A DNA stretch of 64,000 nt from Candidatus Obscuribacterales bacterium (GTDB taxonomy: Bacteria > Cyanobacteriota > Vampirovibrionia > Obscuribacterales > Obscuribacteraceae): the NCBI GenBank assembly GCA_965228855.1, contig CBDDIJ010000005.1:384001-448000 (forward strand), read 5' to 3'. Of the stretch, positions 1 through 8,405 are shown piece after piece. Positions within the stretch are counted from its first letter, which is position 1, and each line of letters begins with the position of its first letter. The translations under genes and the position numbers were made by a program. Under the pieces are notes generated by a model, which was not told where the DNA came from, made no database searches, and worked only from the letters and a program-made list of their open reading frames with translations.

Positions 1-2
1 TG

Positions 3-578
3 AAAGCCTGCCTCCGGACGACTTTGGCAGAAGCGGTTTCCAGCCTCAAACAGCGCAAAGCGTTTTTCTTTGCAGTGTGGGCGATGTATCTTGTTTTCGT
101 CGCTGTTCCAACCATAATCATGCTGGTAAGCGCAAGTGTAGTCATGCTTGGCATGCCAAAAATCGGAGATTTGAGCTTTGCTATGGTGCAACTGAATGTA
201 CCAACGGAGATTATGCTCGTGGCTGCAATCGCGCTTGGTCTGTCTATAATCGCGATTTCAAACTATACGCTTGTCTTGATGCCGTATTCATCGATGTCTC
301 AATTGTCCGGCACACGCGTCGCGGCTAAGGGACTGTTGCTTTCAATTAAGGTGATTCTTGGAATTACAATTTATTCCACAATCGTCTTTTTCCTCTCCAA
401 TCTTCTGATCGCGCCCGTCGATCTCTTTGTGCTTTTCAACATGGATCTTGGCACGAACGTTGGTATGCGGTACCTTTTATTTGCGTTGAAAGCGATCTGG
501 CACGCCTTCTTCTTTGCAGTGCTGATGCCAGTCACGATGCTTATTCCCTGCGAGATGATCCGCGGGAACATCGAGTAA
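3..578 (+). CDS. Hypothetical multi-pass membrane protein, probably 5'-truncated by the window edge
   Basis: Frame is open from position 3 through the tracked ORF 24..578; 4-5 hydrophobic segments. Confidence 0.6.
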   Translation, partial: KACLRTTLAEAVSSLKQRKAFFFAVWAMYLVFVAVPTIIMLVSASVVMLGMPKIGDLSFAMVQLNVPTEIMLVAAIALGLSIIAISNYTLVLMPYSSMSQLSGTRVAAKGLLLSIKVILGITIYSTIVFFLSNLLIAPVDLFVLFNMDLGTNVGMRYLLFALKAIWHAFFFAVLMPVTMLIPCEMIRGNIE

Positions 579-608
579 CCCAGTCCGATACTCACGACGG
601 TTTCGAAA

Positions 609-1778
609 ATGGCAGTGCCTTACTCGATCATAAACAGCCCCCAGGGAACGCTTGAGCAGCTGTTCAAGCGCGTTCAAACAGCCAGTTCGCCGCTGTTTTT
701 AATGTGCGTGGGTGGAACTAAAACAAGCGATCTCGTTGGACTTTCCGGTGCGGGCGCGACGCCGGAAGACCGGAGACAGACGCCAAAATGTGATGCCGAA
801 GCGCTTGTAAACGGTCTCGCCGGCAGGACTAGTGCACTCCCCGTGTCACCAGAAGGCATAGTATCACCGGTGGTGATATCGGCTGCGTGCTTAAAATCTC
901 TGTCGATTCCAATCAAAATTGTAGACTGTGGCACCTTCTCCGCGCCTACAGCCGGTGAAGTGATATCGGTGGGCACTCCGCCTGCAAACTGCCTCTCCGA
1001 TGGTCATGCCCAGGAACTCAAGAACGTCGAGCACTTGTTCCAAACAGGTTTGGAACTTGGTGAGCAGTTTGCTCGAACACACGATCTCGTTATTCTCGCC
1101 GAATGCGTACCCGCTGGAACCACCACAGCTTTCGCGGTTCTGACCGGCCTTGGCTATGACGTACACCGAGCGGTTTCAAGCAGCATGCCAAACTTCGATC
1201 ACCAGATGCGGTGGCAGCTTGCAAGTACCGGTCTGACCAAAGCGGGTTTGATGAGCGCAGTCGTAGCCGGCGATCCGGCGGAAACTTTGAAGCGTCTGGA
1301 AAATCCTCTTAAAATCGCCGCCGCCGTTGGCGACCCGATGCAGCCATTTGCCGCCGGTCTGGCACTCGCCGCAAGTAACGGCGCGGCTGTTATCATGGGC
1401 GGGGGAAGTCAAATGCTGACTGTTTACGCTCTGGCTCAGGCATGCACTGCCCGTGGTATCAATCAGACTCGAGACAACATAGGCGTGGTCACAACTTCCT
1501 GGGTAGCGTTCGATAAAAACGCAAAGGTCGGCGAGATCAGCGGCGCCGTCAACGCGCCGTTTGGCTGTTCTATGCTCGATTTCAGCAAATCAATGCACAA
1601 CGGTCTGCGAGCCTACGAAGAAGGTCATGTCAAAGAAGGGGTCGGCGCCGGAGCGTCGATAGTTCTCGCGCATTTGATGCGCAATCTCTCTGAGAGCGAA
1701 TTGATTGCCTCGATAGACGAGACCTACACGCAGATGGTCACTGGTAAAACCATGTCCGAAAGCAGCACTAGCTCATGA
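609..1778 (+). CDS. cobT: Nicotinate-nucleotide:dimethylbenzimidazole phosphoribosyltransferase, cyanobacterial/archaeal CobT type
   Basis: Motifs GLSGAGATP, GIVSPVVIS, AECVPAGTTTA, AVGDPMQ, GGGSQM, YEEGHVKEGVGAG. Confidence 0.85.
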   Translation: MAVPYSIINSPQGTLEQLFKRVQTASSPLFLMCVGGTKTSDLVGLSGAGATPEDRRQTPKCDAEALVNGLAGRTSALPVSPEGIVSPVVISAACLKSLSIPIKIVDCGTFSAPTAGEVISVGTPPANCLSDGHAQELKNVEHLFQTGLELGEQFARTHDLVILAECVPAGTTTAFAVLTGLGYDVHRAVSSSMPNFDHQMRWQLASTGLTKAGLMSAVVAGDPAETLKRLENPLKIAAAVGDPMQPFAAGLALAASNGAAVIMGGGSQMLTVYALAQACTARGINQTRDNIGVVTTSWVAFDKNAKVGEISGAVNAPFGCSMLDFSKSMHNGLRAYEEGHVKEGVGAGASIVLAHLMRNLSESELIASIDETYTQMVTGKTMSESSTSS

Positions 1779-1821
1779 CGGAGTGGAACGTCCACCTTTC
1801 TCTTAATCGAAAGAACCCGAT

Positions 1822-3276
1822 TTAGATAGCAACTTTGTTGCGCCCTTCTTCCTTCGCTCTCTGCAGAGCGATTTTCGCATCACGCAAAATGGTTTCGGGA
1901 TTCAGATCTTCCATGTTGAAGCTGGCACAACCAACGCTGACAGTAACTTTCGGTCCCTTCTTGCCCTGGAAAAAAGCGACTTGCTCGATGTCCGAGCGGA
2001 CTTTCTCGCCGAGAACTTTAGCACCGGCGCCATCGGTGTTGGGCAACACAACTGCGAATTCGTCACCGCCGTATCTTGCGACCAAATCGCTTGAACGCGT
2101 CACCGCAAGCAGTCGTTTAGCAACGCCAGACAAAACAACATCGCCGATATCCGAACCATACTCCTCATTCATCTTCCCAAGTTCATCGATGTCGATGATT
2201 GCGATGCCGACGGGAAGCCGCTGCCGGAAAGAGAATAGGAGCTGCTGCTGAAGGAATCCAACAAGAAATTCCAGATTGTACAAACCGGTCAATGAGTCGA
2301 CATTGGCGCGATATGCTTCGCGACTATGTAAGGTTTCGATTTCTTGACGAGCAAGCAGAAGTTTGAAAACAGGCTCTATATGCGCCTGTAGTCGGGCCAT
2401 GAACTCTTTCGTTGTCCAATCGTGCTCCTTCTTTTGAAACGAGCCAAAGAAAATGGCGCCGATTCCAGAGCCATCTCCTGGAACAGGAAGTATCTCAAAG
2501 TCCTCAATATCACTACCTTCTTCAGATACTTCGCTTCTGATGTCGACGTGCGGCTGAGAGGTGATTTGCAGCTTAGAAAGAATTTCAGTGAGCACACGTT
2601 CGTACGCTTTTGCAGAAATCGTCCCATTCGCCTTAAGTGATATCCAGGGATTTTCCTGATCTGCGACAACCAGTCCGACAACATCGCCACCGAACAAGCC
2701 ACCGACCGTTTGATGATACGCATCAAGGAATTGGCGCCGCGGTTCGAGCACCTTGCTCAGGTTTCTTACAGTGCAATTGACCAGACGCTCCAACAACAAT
2801 ACTTGCAAAAGGCTTCCCAGGCTCTTGGAGACATCGCCGGCGTCGAACCGCATCTCTGCCGGGAAAAGGTTTCTCGCTTTCTCCGCACTCCATTCAGTCT
2901 CTTTTGCTTTCCCCAGAGCCTTCTCAATTATGGAAGCGAAACCGGCTTCCTTGATTTCGGTACGCGATAGAACATAATCCGCGTGCGACGCTCTGCTCCA
3001 GAAGGAAACTTCCTTGTCGTCGTCTGGAGTCACAATGACAACCGGTAGCGCTGAAGTCTGCTCGTTCAATTTAATCAGAGAACCGAGCTGAAACCCCGCG
3101 ATATCAGGCAGACTGGATTCTGCCACCACCAGGTCGGCACCGTTTGCATTGATTTCGTTCAATGCTTCAAAACCGTTTGGAACTCTGACATGCTGACAGC
3201 CTCTGCCTTGCAGGCTATCGAGGTCGAGCCAGTCAGCATCGTTCGAAACAACAAAGATAATCTTGGAATCCGCCAT
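1822..3276 (-). CDS. Diguanylate cyclase: atypical receiver domain, GAF-like middle, GGDEF domain
   Basis: DSLTGLYN, RSSD I-site, RYGGDEF, TVSVG, KEEGRN; REC-like N-terminus; start chosen at ATG 3276 with GGAGA RBS. Confidence 0.85.
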   Translation of the reverse strand: MADSKIIFVVSNDADWLDLDSLQGRGCQHVRVPNGFEALNEINANGADLVVAESSLPDIAGFQLGSLIKLNEQTSALPVVIVTPDDDKEVSFWSRASHADYVLSRTEIKEAGFASIIEKALGKAKETEWSAEKARNLFPAEMRFDAGDVSKSLGSLLQVLLLERLVNCTVRNLSKVLEPRRQFLDAYHQTVGGLFGGDVVGLVVADQENPWISLKANGTISAKAYERVLTEILSKLQITSQPHVDIRSEVSEEGSDIEDFEILPVPGDGSGIGAIFFGSFQKKEHDWTTKEFMARLQAHIEPVFKLLLARQEIETLHSREAYRANVDSLTGLYNLEFLVGFLQQQLLFSFRQRLPVGIAIIDIDELGKMNEEYGSDIGDVVLSGVAKRLLAVTRSSDLVARYGGDEFAVVLPNTDGAGAKVLGEKVRSDIEQVAFFQGKKGPKVTVSVGCASFNMEDLNPETILRDAKIALQRAKEEGRNKVAI

Positions 3277-3520
3277 CGGTGTCTCCGGAACAGAATGATC
3301 AATTTGCATTTTACAGCTTCTAGAGGCGATAGAGGGCGGATTGAGGATCAAGGCCGAAAACATACGAGGAGAACGTTTACGTTCAAATGCCAAGAGTCAG
3401 TTCACTGCCATTCTAATTAAGATATAAACAGGCCATTGGTGGTGCCGAACCAGATGTTATGATCGAGCGCTAGCTACACCGTTGTAGTGCTTTTCAGCCC
3501 CAGAAGGCGCACGGACACTC

Positions 3521-4699
3521 ATGCAGACAACAACATCATTGAAAGATTCACCATTATCATTTAAGTTGACCGAAGACCAGACTCTGATCAGAGACATGGT
3601 TCGAGAAATTTCTGAAAACGAATTCGCGCCGAAGGCGGCAGAAGTCGACCAGAAGCATAGATTCCCGAGAGAGAACTGGGAACTGCTCGCGGCTTCCGAC
3701 CTTTGCGGTCTTCCGTTTCCCGAAGAATACGGCGGAGCCGGGCTCGACCATCTGACTTACGCACTCGTCGTAGAAGAGCTCGCCAAGGCGTGTGCGACGA
3801 CGTCGGTAATGTATTCGGCTCACGTATCGTTGACGGCGACTCCGGTATACGAGTTCGGCAACGAAGAGCAACGCGAAAGAATTTTAAAACCTATGTGCTC
3901 CGGCGAGAAAATGGGCGCATTTTGTTTGTCTGAACCTGGCACGGGCTCAGACTCAGCCGCCGCAACCTGCATGGCGGAACTGAAAGGCGACACGTTCATT
4001 TTGAACGGGTCGAAAAACTGGATAACGAACGGCATTGAGGCTGATTGGTATCTCGTTATCGCCCAAACAGATTCGTCCAAACGCCACAAAGGTTTGGTCG
4101 CACTGATGGTGGAAAAAGGCTCCGAAGGTTTCACCTTCGGAAAGCTTGAAGACAAGCTCGGCATTCGAGGCTCATCGACGTGCCAGGTGATGTTCGACAA
4201 CACCCCCGTCCCGAAAGCCAATATGCTCGCGGAAATCGGAGACGGTTTCAAAGTCGCGATGTCGACTCTCGATGGTGGAAGAATCGGTATCGCCGCACAG
4301 GCTGTCGGTATTGCGCAGGGCGCCTGGAATCACGCTCTCAAGTATACGAAGGAACGTCAAGCATTCGGCAAGTATATTGGAGAGTTCCAAGCAATCCGGC
4401 ACATGCTTGCGGAAATGCAAACTGAAATAGATGCAGCCAGACTGCTGACTCACCACGCCAGCATTGCGCAAGATCGCGGCGAAAAGTTCTCGAGAGAGGC
4501 AGCTCACGCCAAGCTTTATGCCGCTGAAGTAGCGATGCGAAGCACCGTCAAATGTGTGCAGATTTTCGGTGGATATGGGTATGTAAGTGAATACCCGGTC
4601 GAACGCTACATGCGTGACGCCAAGATCACCGAGATCTACGAGGGTACGTCTGAAATTCAGCGTTTGGTAATAGCAAGCAGTCTACTCAAAGGTAATTAA
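3521..4699 (+). CDS. Acyl-CoA dehydrogenase, short/branched-chain type
   Basis: FCLSEPGTGSD, LNGSKNWITN, KLGIRGSST, LDGGRIGIAAQAVG, GGYGY, IYEGTSEIQR. Confidence 0.95.
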   Translation: MQTTTSLKDSPLSFKLTEDQTLIRDMVREISENEFAPKAAEVDQKHRFPRENWELLAASDLCGLPFPEEYGGAGLDHLTYALVVEELAKACATTSVMYSAHVSLTATPVYEFGNEEQRERILKPMCSGEKMGAFCLSEPGTGSDSAAATCMAELKGDTFILNGSKNWITNGIEADWYLVIAQTDSSKRHKGLVALMVEKGSEGFTFGKLEDKLGIRGSSTCQVMFDNTPVPKANMLAEIGDGFKVAMSTLDGGRIGIAAQAVGIAQGAWNHALKYTKERQAFGKYIGEFQAIRHMLAEMQTEIDAARLLTHHASIAQDRGEKFSREAAHAKLYAAEVAMRSTVKCVQIFGGYGYVSEYPVERYMRDAKITEIYEGTSEIQRLVIASSLLKGN

Positions 4700-4701
4700 C
4701 T

Positions 4702-5514
4702 ATGAATTGGCAGCCACCACCGCCTCCCCCCAGACCGGGCGGTCCAGGTCCTGGGCAACCAGGAGGTCAGGGCGGACAGGGCGGTATGGGTCAAAGACCA
4801 GGCGGTCCTGGCGTTCAACAACAACAGCAACCGCAACAACCACAACAACAAGCTCCAGGCGAACGTGACTGGAGAGAGTTGAATTACTATCAATTGCTGC
4901 AGGTAAACCGAGAAGCGCATTCGACAATCATTCGATACGCATATCGATTCCTTGCAGCAATGTATCACCCCGACAACTCCGAAACTGGCGACGCTGAGAA
5001 ATTCCGCGTCATCACCGAAGCCTGGCGGACTCTCTCCGACGAGGGTAAGCGCGCTGCATATGATATGTCTCTCGGCGCTGATGAAGCGCAACCTGGTCAC
5101 CCAAGACCGGGTGGTGGAGCTGCTCCTGGCGGTGCACCGAGACAAGGCGGCGGACTCAATATTCCCAAGATCGTCAAAACGGGCGTTTCGTGGGAAGAGA
5201 TCGAACTGAGACTGGCTATTTTGCAGATTCTGCTTGAAGCCCGTCGCAAAAAGCCGAAGAGCGGCGGCGCATCTGCGAAGATGATCATGGACGTTCTGCA
5301 ATTGAACGACGTGGAAGTCGTAGAGTACGCCCTCTGGTATCTTCGCGAGAAGGGTCACATTGAGCCAGGCGAACGTTTGTTCATGATCACGGCAAACGGC
5401 GTGGACTACATTGTGGACCAGCTCAATAAACCGGCAAGTCTGGGCGAAACAGAGACCGAGAAGAAGGTCAAGAAGGTCGTAGAAGGCGGCGTTCCTGCCG
5501 TTATTCCGCGCTAG
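4702..5514 (+). CDS. J-domain protein with P/G/Q low-complexity N-terminus and winged-helix-like C-terminus
   Basis: NYYQLLQV, YHPD, AWRTLSD..KRAAYD; C-terminal LWYLREKGHIE...ITANGVD resembles a wHTH wing. Confidence 0.8.
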   Translation: MNWQPPPPPPRPGGPGPGQPGGQGGQGGMGQRPGGPGVQQQQQPQQPQQQAPGERDWRELNYYQLLQVNREAHSTIIRYAYRFLAAMYHPDNSETGDAEKFRVITEAWRTLSDEGKRAAYDMSLGADEAQPGHPRPGGGAAPGGAPRQGGGLNIPKIVKTGVSWEEIELRLAILQILLEARRKKPKSGGASAKMIMDVLQLNDVEVVEYALWYLREKGHIEPGERLFMITANGVDYIVDQLNKPASLGETETEKKVKKVVEGGVPAVIPR

Positions 5515-5609
5515 TTTCGAACTACAAAGTTGAAGAGTTTAAACGCGGGCACTGCATACGGTGCTCGCGTTTTTCCTTGCCCAACGCGATTCTCGCTCCA
5601 AACCATTGC

Positions 5610-6137
5610 CTATTCCTGCGGTCTTCCGATCGGCTTCCACTCGCCGCCCAGATAGCCAATCGCACAATACATCATATGCCGAGCTTCGTCTTCACGGTGC
5701 AACTCAGTCAACAACTCCGCATACTCGCTCAGGACCTCGACGGTAAAACTGTCCGAGGGTCCGTAAACCTTGGTGTGAATTTCCAGAGAGAGTTTGAATT
5801 TCTCCTCCGCCTCAGCTGGCAAACCGTATGCCCTGTAAGTTTTCGCTAATCGAAACGAAATTCGCGCGCAGTTCTCACAATACTTCGTTTCCTTGCGCTC
5901 GTGAAGTTCGTAAGATCGATCAAGCCAGGGAATAACGTCCCAGTCCTTCTTTTGCATTATCATCGCGCGGCAGACGCCGTTAATCGTTCGCAGATAACGC
6001 TCATCTTCTTCGCCAAGCTGCTCAGCCAGCGGCAACGCCGCACGCCATAGTTCTTCTGCGCGTTCGTAGAGATTCTTGGAGAATGCGCTATCAGCAGAGC
6101 GATTCAATCCCCACCATTCGTCACTGACCTGACCCAC
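5610..6137 (-). CDS. Tetratricopeptide-repeat protein
   Basis: TPR-like helices YERAEELWRAAL, AEAEEKFKLSLEI, YAELLTELHREDEA. Confidence 0.7.
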   Translation of the reverse strand: MGQVSDEWWGLNRSADSAFSKNLYERAEELWRAALPLAEQLGEEDERYLRTINGVCRAMIMQKKDWDVIPWLDRSYELHERKETKYCENCARISFRLAKTYRAYGLPAEAEEKFKLSLEIHTKVYGPSDSFTVEVLSEYAELLTELHREDEARHMMYCAIGYLGGEWKPIGRPQE

Positions 6138-6363
6138 AAATCGGACCTCTGTGAAACGTCAACCGCTCATGCAAACCTTATTCCCGCGCTATCTATATTA
6201 GACACCAATTTCACCGCGAAACGGCATCTCAACACAAAAATCTAGAGAAGCTGTTTACCGTCACGGGAAACTGATACGCCCGCCTTATCCTTACATTACT
6301 CGGACCAGAAGCCTTCGCGGCGGTTATTCGCGTCTCATCGCTCACTGTATCAGGTGCCTTCAA

Positions 6364-7017
6364 ATGAGTAAAATTGCCACAATTCTTCAGCCGCGCGCGC
6401 TGCCAGCGTCACCGGAGAATGTTCTTTTCTCCAACATGGCTTCTGATGCTTCCGGTGCGCAGAAGTTCAATGCGCTCCTAAAATCCTGGCAGAACAGTGG
6501 CTCGTTTCCTATCGTTGAAAGCCTGGAAAACGTTGACACGCAGACGGGGATGCCGGGTGCACAGATCGCCACTACCCCTGGTGCCGTTGAAACTGCGCCC
6601 ACAAAATATTTGCTGGATAAACTCAACCAGTCCGTCGAAGCCGGCAAGACCAGCTGCGTCGAGCAGGTACTTCAGTTGATCAACGGTCGGTCAAAAACCG
6701 CAATCGCAATTTTAATCGAATTTAAAACGGCATTGACCAATCGCTCAGAAACACCTGTAAAAGTCGATTGGGAAACTGGAACAGATTCGTCGGGTAAAAC
6801 CTTTGTGCGTTTAAACCTTGTGGCAATGAACGACTTGAACAAGGGCTCGGGCGCAACTAAGCTCGTAATAGGTAGCGATGGCACCACATACGCCACCTTC
6901 AAGGAACGCTGGAACTGCCCGCCCATCTATATTTCCCCGGATGATGCCCTGGCTAAATTTGGAAGCGGAAAAAGCCAGAATCGAAGGTGGTCCACCTCGA
7001 CCGGCCTTCGAATCTGA
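6364..7017 (+). CDS. Hypothetical protein
   Basis: 217-aa ORF, ATG preceded by AGGTG; no family recognised. Confidence 0.55.
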   Translation: MSKIATILQPRALPASPENVLFSNMASDASGAQKFNALLKSWQNSGSFPIVESLENVDTQTGMPGAQIATTPGAVETAPTKYLLDKLNQSVEAGKTSCVEQVLQLINGRSKTAIAILIEFKTALTNRSETPVKVDWETGTDSSGKTFVRLNLVAMNDLNKGSGATKLVIGSDGTTYATFKERWNCPPIYISPDDALAKFGSGKSQNRRWSTSTGLRI

Positions 7018-7033
7018 TATCGAATATGGTGCC

Positions 7034-7165
7034 TCAAAGGTTCGCCTTAGATTCCATGCCTGGCAAACCCTGACGGAGGTCCATCTCTTTATTGAATTTG
7101 TTCACGAACTGCTCTAAACATTGCCGTTTCCTCGGCTCTGCGACTGGGGTGGTCGCTTTCTCCAT
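7034..7165 (-). CDS. Small ORF, 43 aa, below the ORF-track cutoff
   Basis: Translated by hand: MEKATTPVAEPRKRQCLEQFVNKFNKEMDLRQGLPGMESKANL*; GGTGA SD-like motif 5 nt upstream of the ATG. Confidence 0.4.
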   Translation of the reverse strand: MEKATTPVAEPRKRQCLEQFVNKFNKEMDLRQGLPGMESKANL

Positions 7166-7227
7166 ATGTTTCACCAAGCTCTTAGCTGTGAAGACCGCTG
7201 CGATGGAGACTTTCGTAACTGTTACAT

Positions 7228-7250
7228 ACCGTTTTCGTTGTAAAAACGGT
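7228..7250 (-). terminator. Hairpin just downstream of the 63-aa ORF
   Basis: ACCGTTTT-N7-AAAACGGT inverted repeat 5 nt past the stop codon at 7256. Confidence 0.4.
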
Positions 7251-7255
7251 TTTCC

Positions 7256-7447
7256 TTATGCGCAGAAACTGGGGAAAAGAACCAACAGGTTGTCGCGTTT
7301 TGCATGTTTGACGACGTTGCTGTCATTTTTGTTGTTGAGCTTATTCATGAGACTGTAGTCTACATTGCTTGCTTCGACTTGAGCAGTTTGTTTGCTAAAC
7401 AGGTCGATTACATTGTTCTTCCTGCTGTTGATTTGACGTGTATTCAT
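7256..7447 (-). CDS. Small Asn/Lys-rich protein, 63 aa
   Basis: MNTRQINSRKNNVIDLFSK...LFPSFCA; GAGGG RBS 8 nt before ATG 7447; hairpin follows the stop. Confidence 0.55.
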   Translation of the reverse strand: MNTRQINSRKNNVIDLFSKQTAQVEASNVDYSLMNKLNNKNDSNVVKHAKRDNLLVLFPSFCA

Positions 7448-7475
7448 TGGATTGACCCTCGGTTGAATTGCTTCA

Positions 7476-7900
7476 TGTAGACAATATACCACACACAAAT
7501 GAAGTGAAGTCTACTTTTTTGATGATTTTGTATTAAATATCCTACGATTCGTTTGACTTTCAAACTTACCCCAATCCAGCTCAAACCAAAACAGGCAACC
7601 GTATACGAATTTGAGAGGAGGCTGCGATGTAGTTTTTCTTCTACACCACTAAAGTAGATTACCGTCTACAAGAAAGCTCACAGAAAGACAAGAGGGTGAT
7701 TGTAGACGACAGACTACGTTTCTAGAGTCGACTGCGGGGCGGTACGGCGGGAGTAGACTCCAAACTACAAAACTGTTTCCTTATATAGGTACGCGAAAAA
7801 CGCTCTCGCACGAAATCAATGAAATATATAACGATATCGAGTTACCACTGCACCAGACCGAAGGTGTTGAGCTAAAGAAGCTGTAGATTCGAAACTACAG
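7476..7900. promoter_or_regulatory. Array of GTAG-N8-CTAC palindromes, putative operators (5 exact, 2 with one mismatch)
   Basis: Exact copies at 7628-7645, 7653-7670, 7701-7718, 7752-7769 and 7882-7899; one-mismatch copies at 7476-7493 and 7529-7546. Confidence 0.75.
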
Positions 7901-7947
7901 GAAACCCAATTACTCACAAGACACTATTTAAAAGCAGGTGGAGAAAG

Positions 7948-8337
7948 ATGGATAAGGATTTTGTTTCAACGAGCACGGATAAAGAGGTTTATGTTAACCG
8001 GGTTGAAACGAGACAGCCTGATGATTCCGGAACCGGCTGGGCAGTCGCACTGATCGTGTTGATTCTCGCCATAGGCTTCGGCTTTGTGGCATTCTCGAAC
8101 AACCAGGCGATGAACGAGATCAAAACTTCGCAGACGCTAGAGCAGATGCGCCGCGACAACCAAGCATTGAGCACGAATGCTCCCGCGGTCGTGCCGCCAG
8201 TAGCCGCTCCGACGACCAACAATGTGGAAGTGAAAGTACCGGAAGTGAAAGCTCCGGAAGCTCCGGCTCAAGTCGACGTCAACGTTGCGCCGCCGGAACC
8301 GGCTGCTGACCCGGCAATGGAACAGCCGACCGAGTAG
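7948..8337 (+). CDS. Small single-pass membrane protein with Pro/Ala/Val-rich C-terminal tail
   Basis: AGGTGGAG RBS; TM segment GWAVALIVLILAIGFGFVAF; low-complexity tail. Confidence 0.8.
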   Translation: MDKDFVSTSTDKEVYVNRVETRQPDDSGTGWAVALIVLILAIGFGFVAFSNNQAMNEIKTSQTLEQMRRDNQALSTNAPAVVPPVAAPTTNNVEVKVPEVKAPEAPAQVDVNVAPPEPAADPAMEQPTE

Positions 8338-8370
8338 CCCATATAACTAATGACATAACTGTCAATCAAG

Positions 8371-8405
8371 AGAAAGAGGGGATTCACCCCTCTTTCTTAT
8401 TTTTT
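8371..8405 (+). terminator. Intrinsic terminator overlapping the rnhB stop codon
   Basis: AGAAAGAGGGG-ATTCA-CCCCTCTTTCT followed by TATTTTTT. Confidence 0.7.

Noticed and set aside
4696..5358. 220-aa and shorter ORFs antisense to the J-domain gene
   Set aside because: Shadows of GC-rich low-complexity coding sequence
6230..6250. NrdR-box-like ACACAAAAATCTAGAG
   Set aside because: Spacing does not fit the consensus, it is a single copy, and no ribonucleotide reductase gene is nearby
7476..7900. Palindrome array as a CRISPR array, iterons/oriC, or NtcA sites
   Set aside because: Only 4-6 bp half-sites are conserved, spacing is irregular, I saw no cas genes or DnaA boxes, and the spacing is GTA-N10-TAC rather than the NtcA N8
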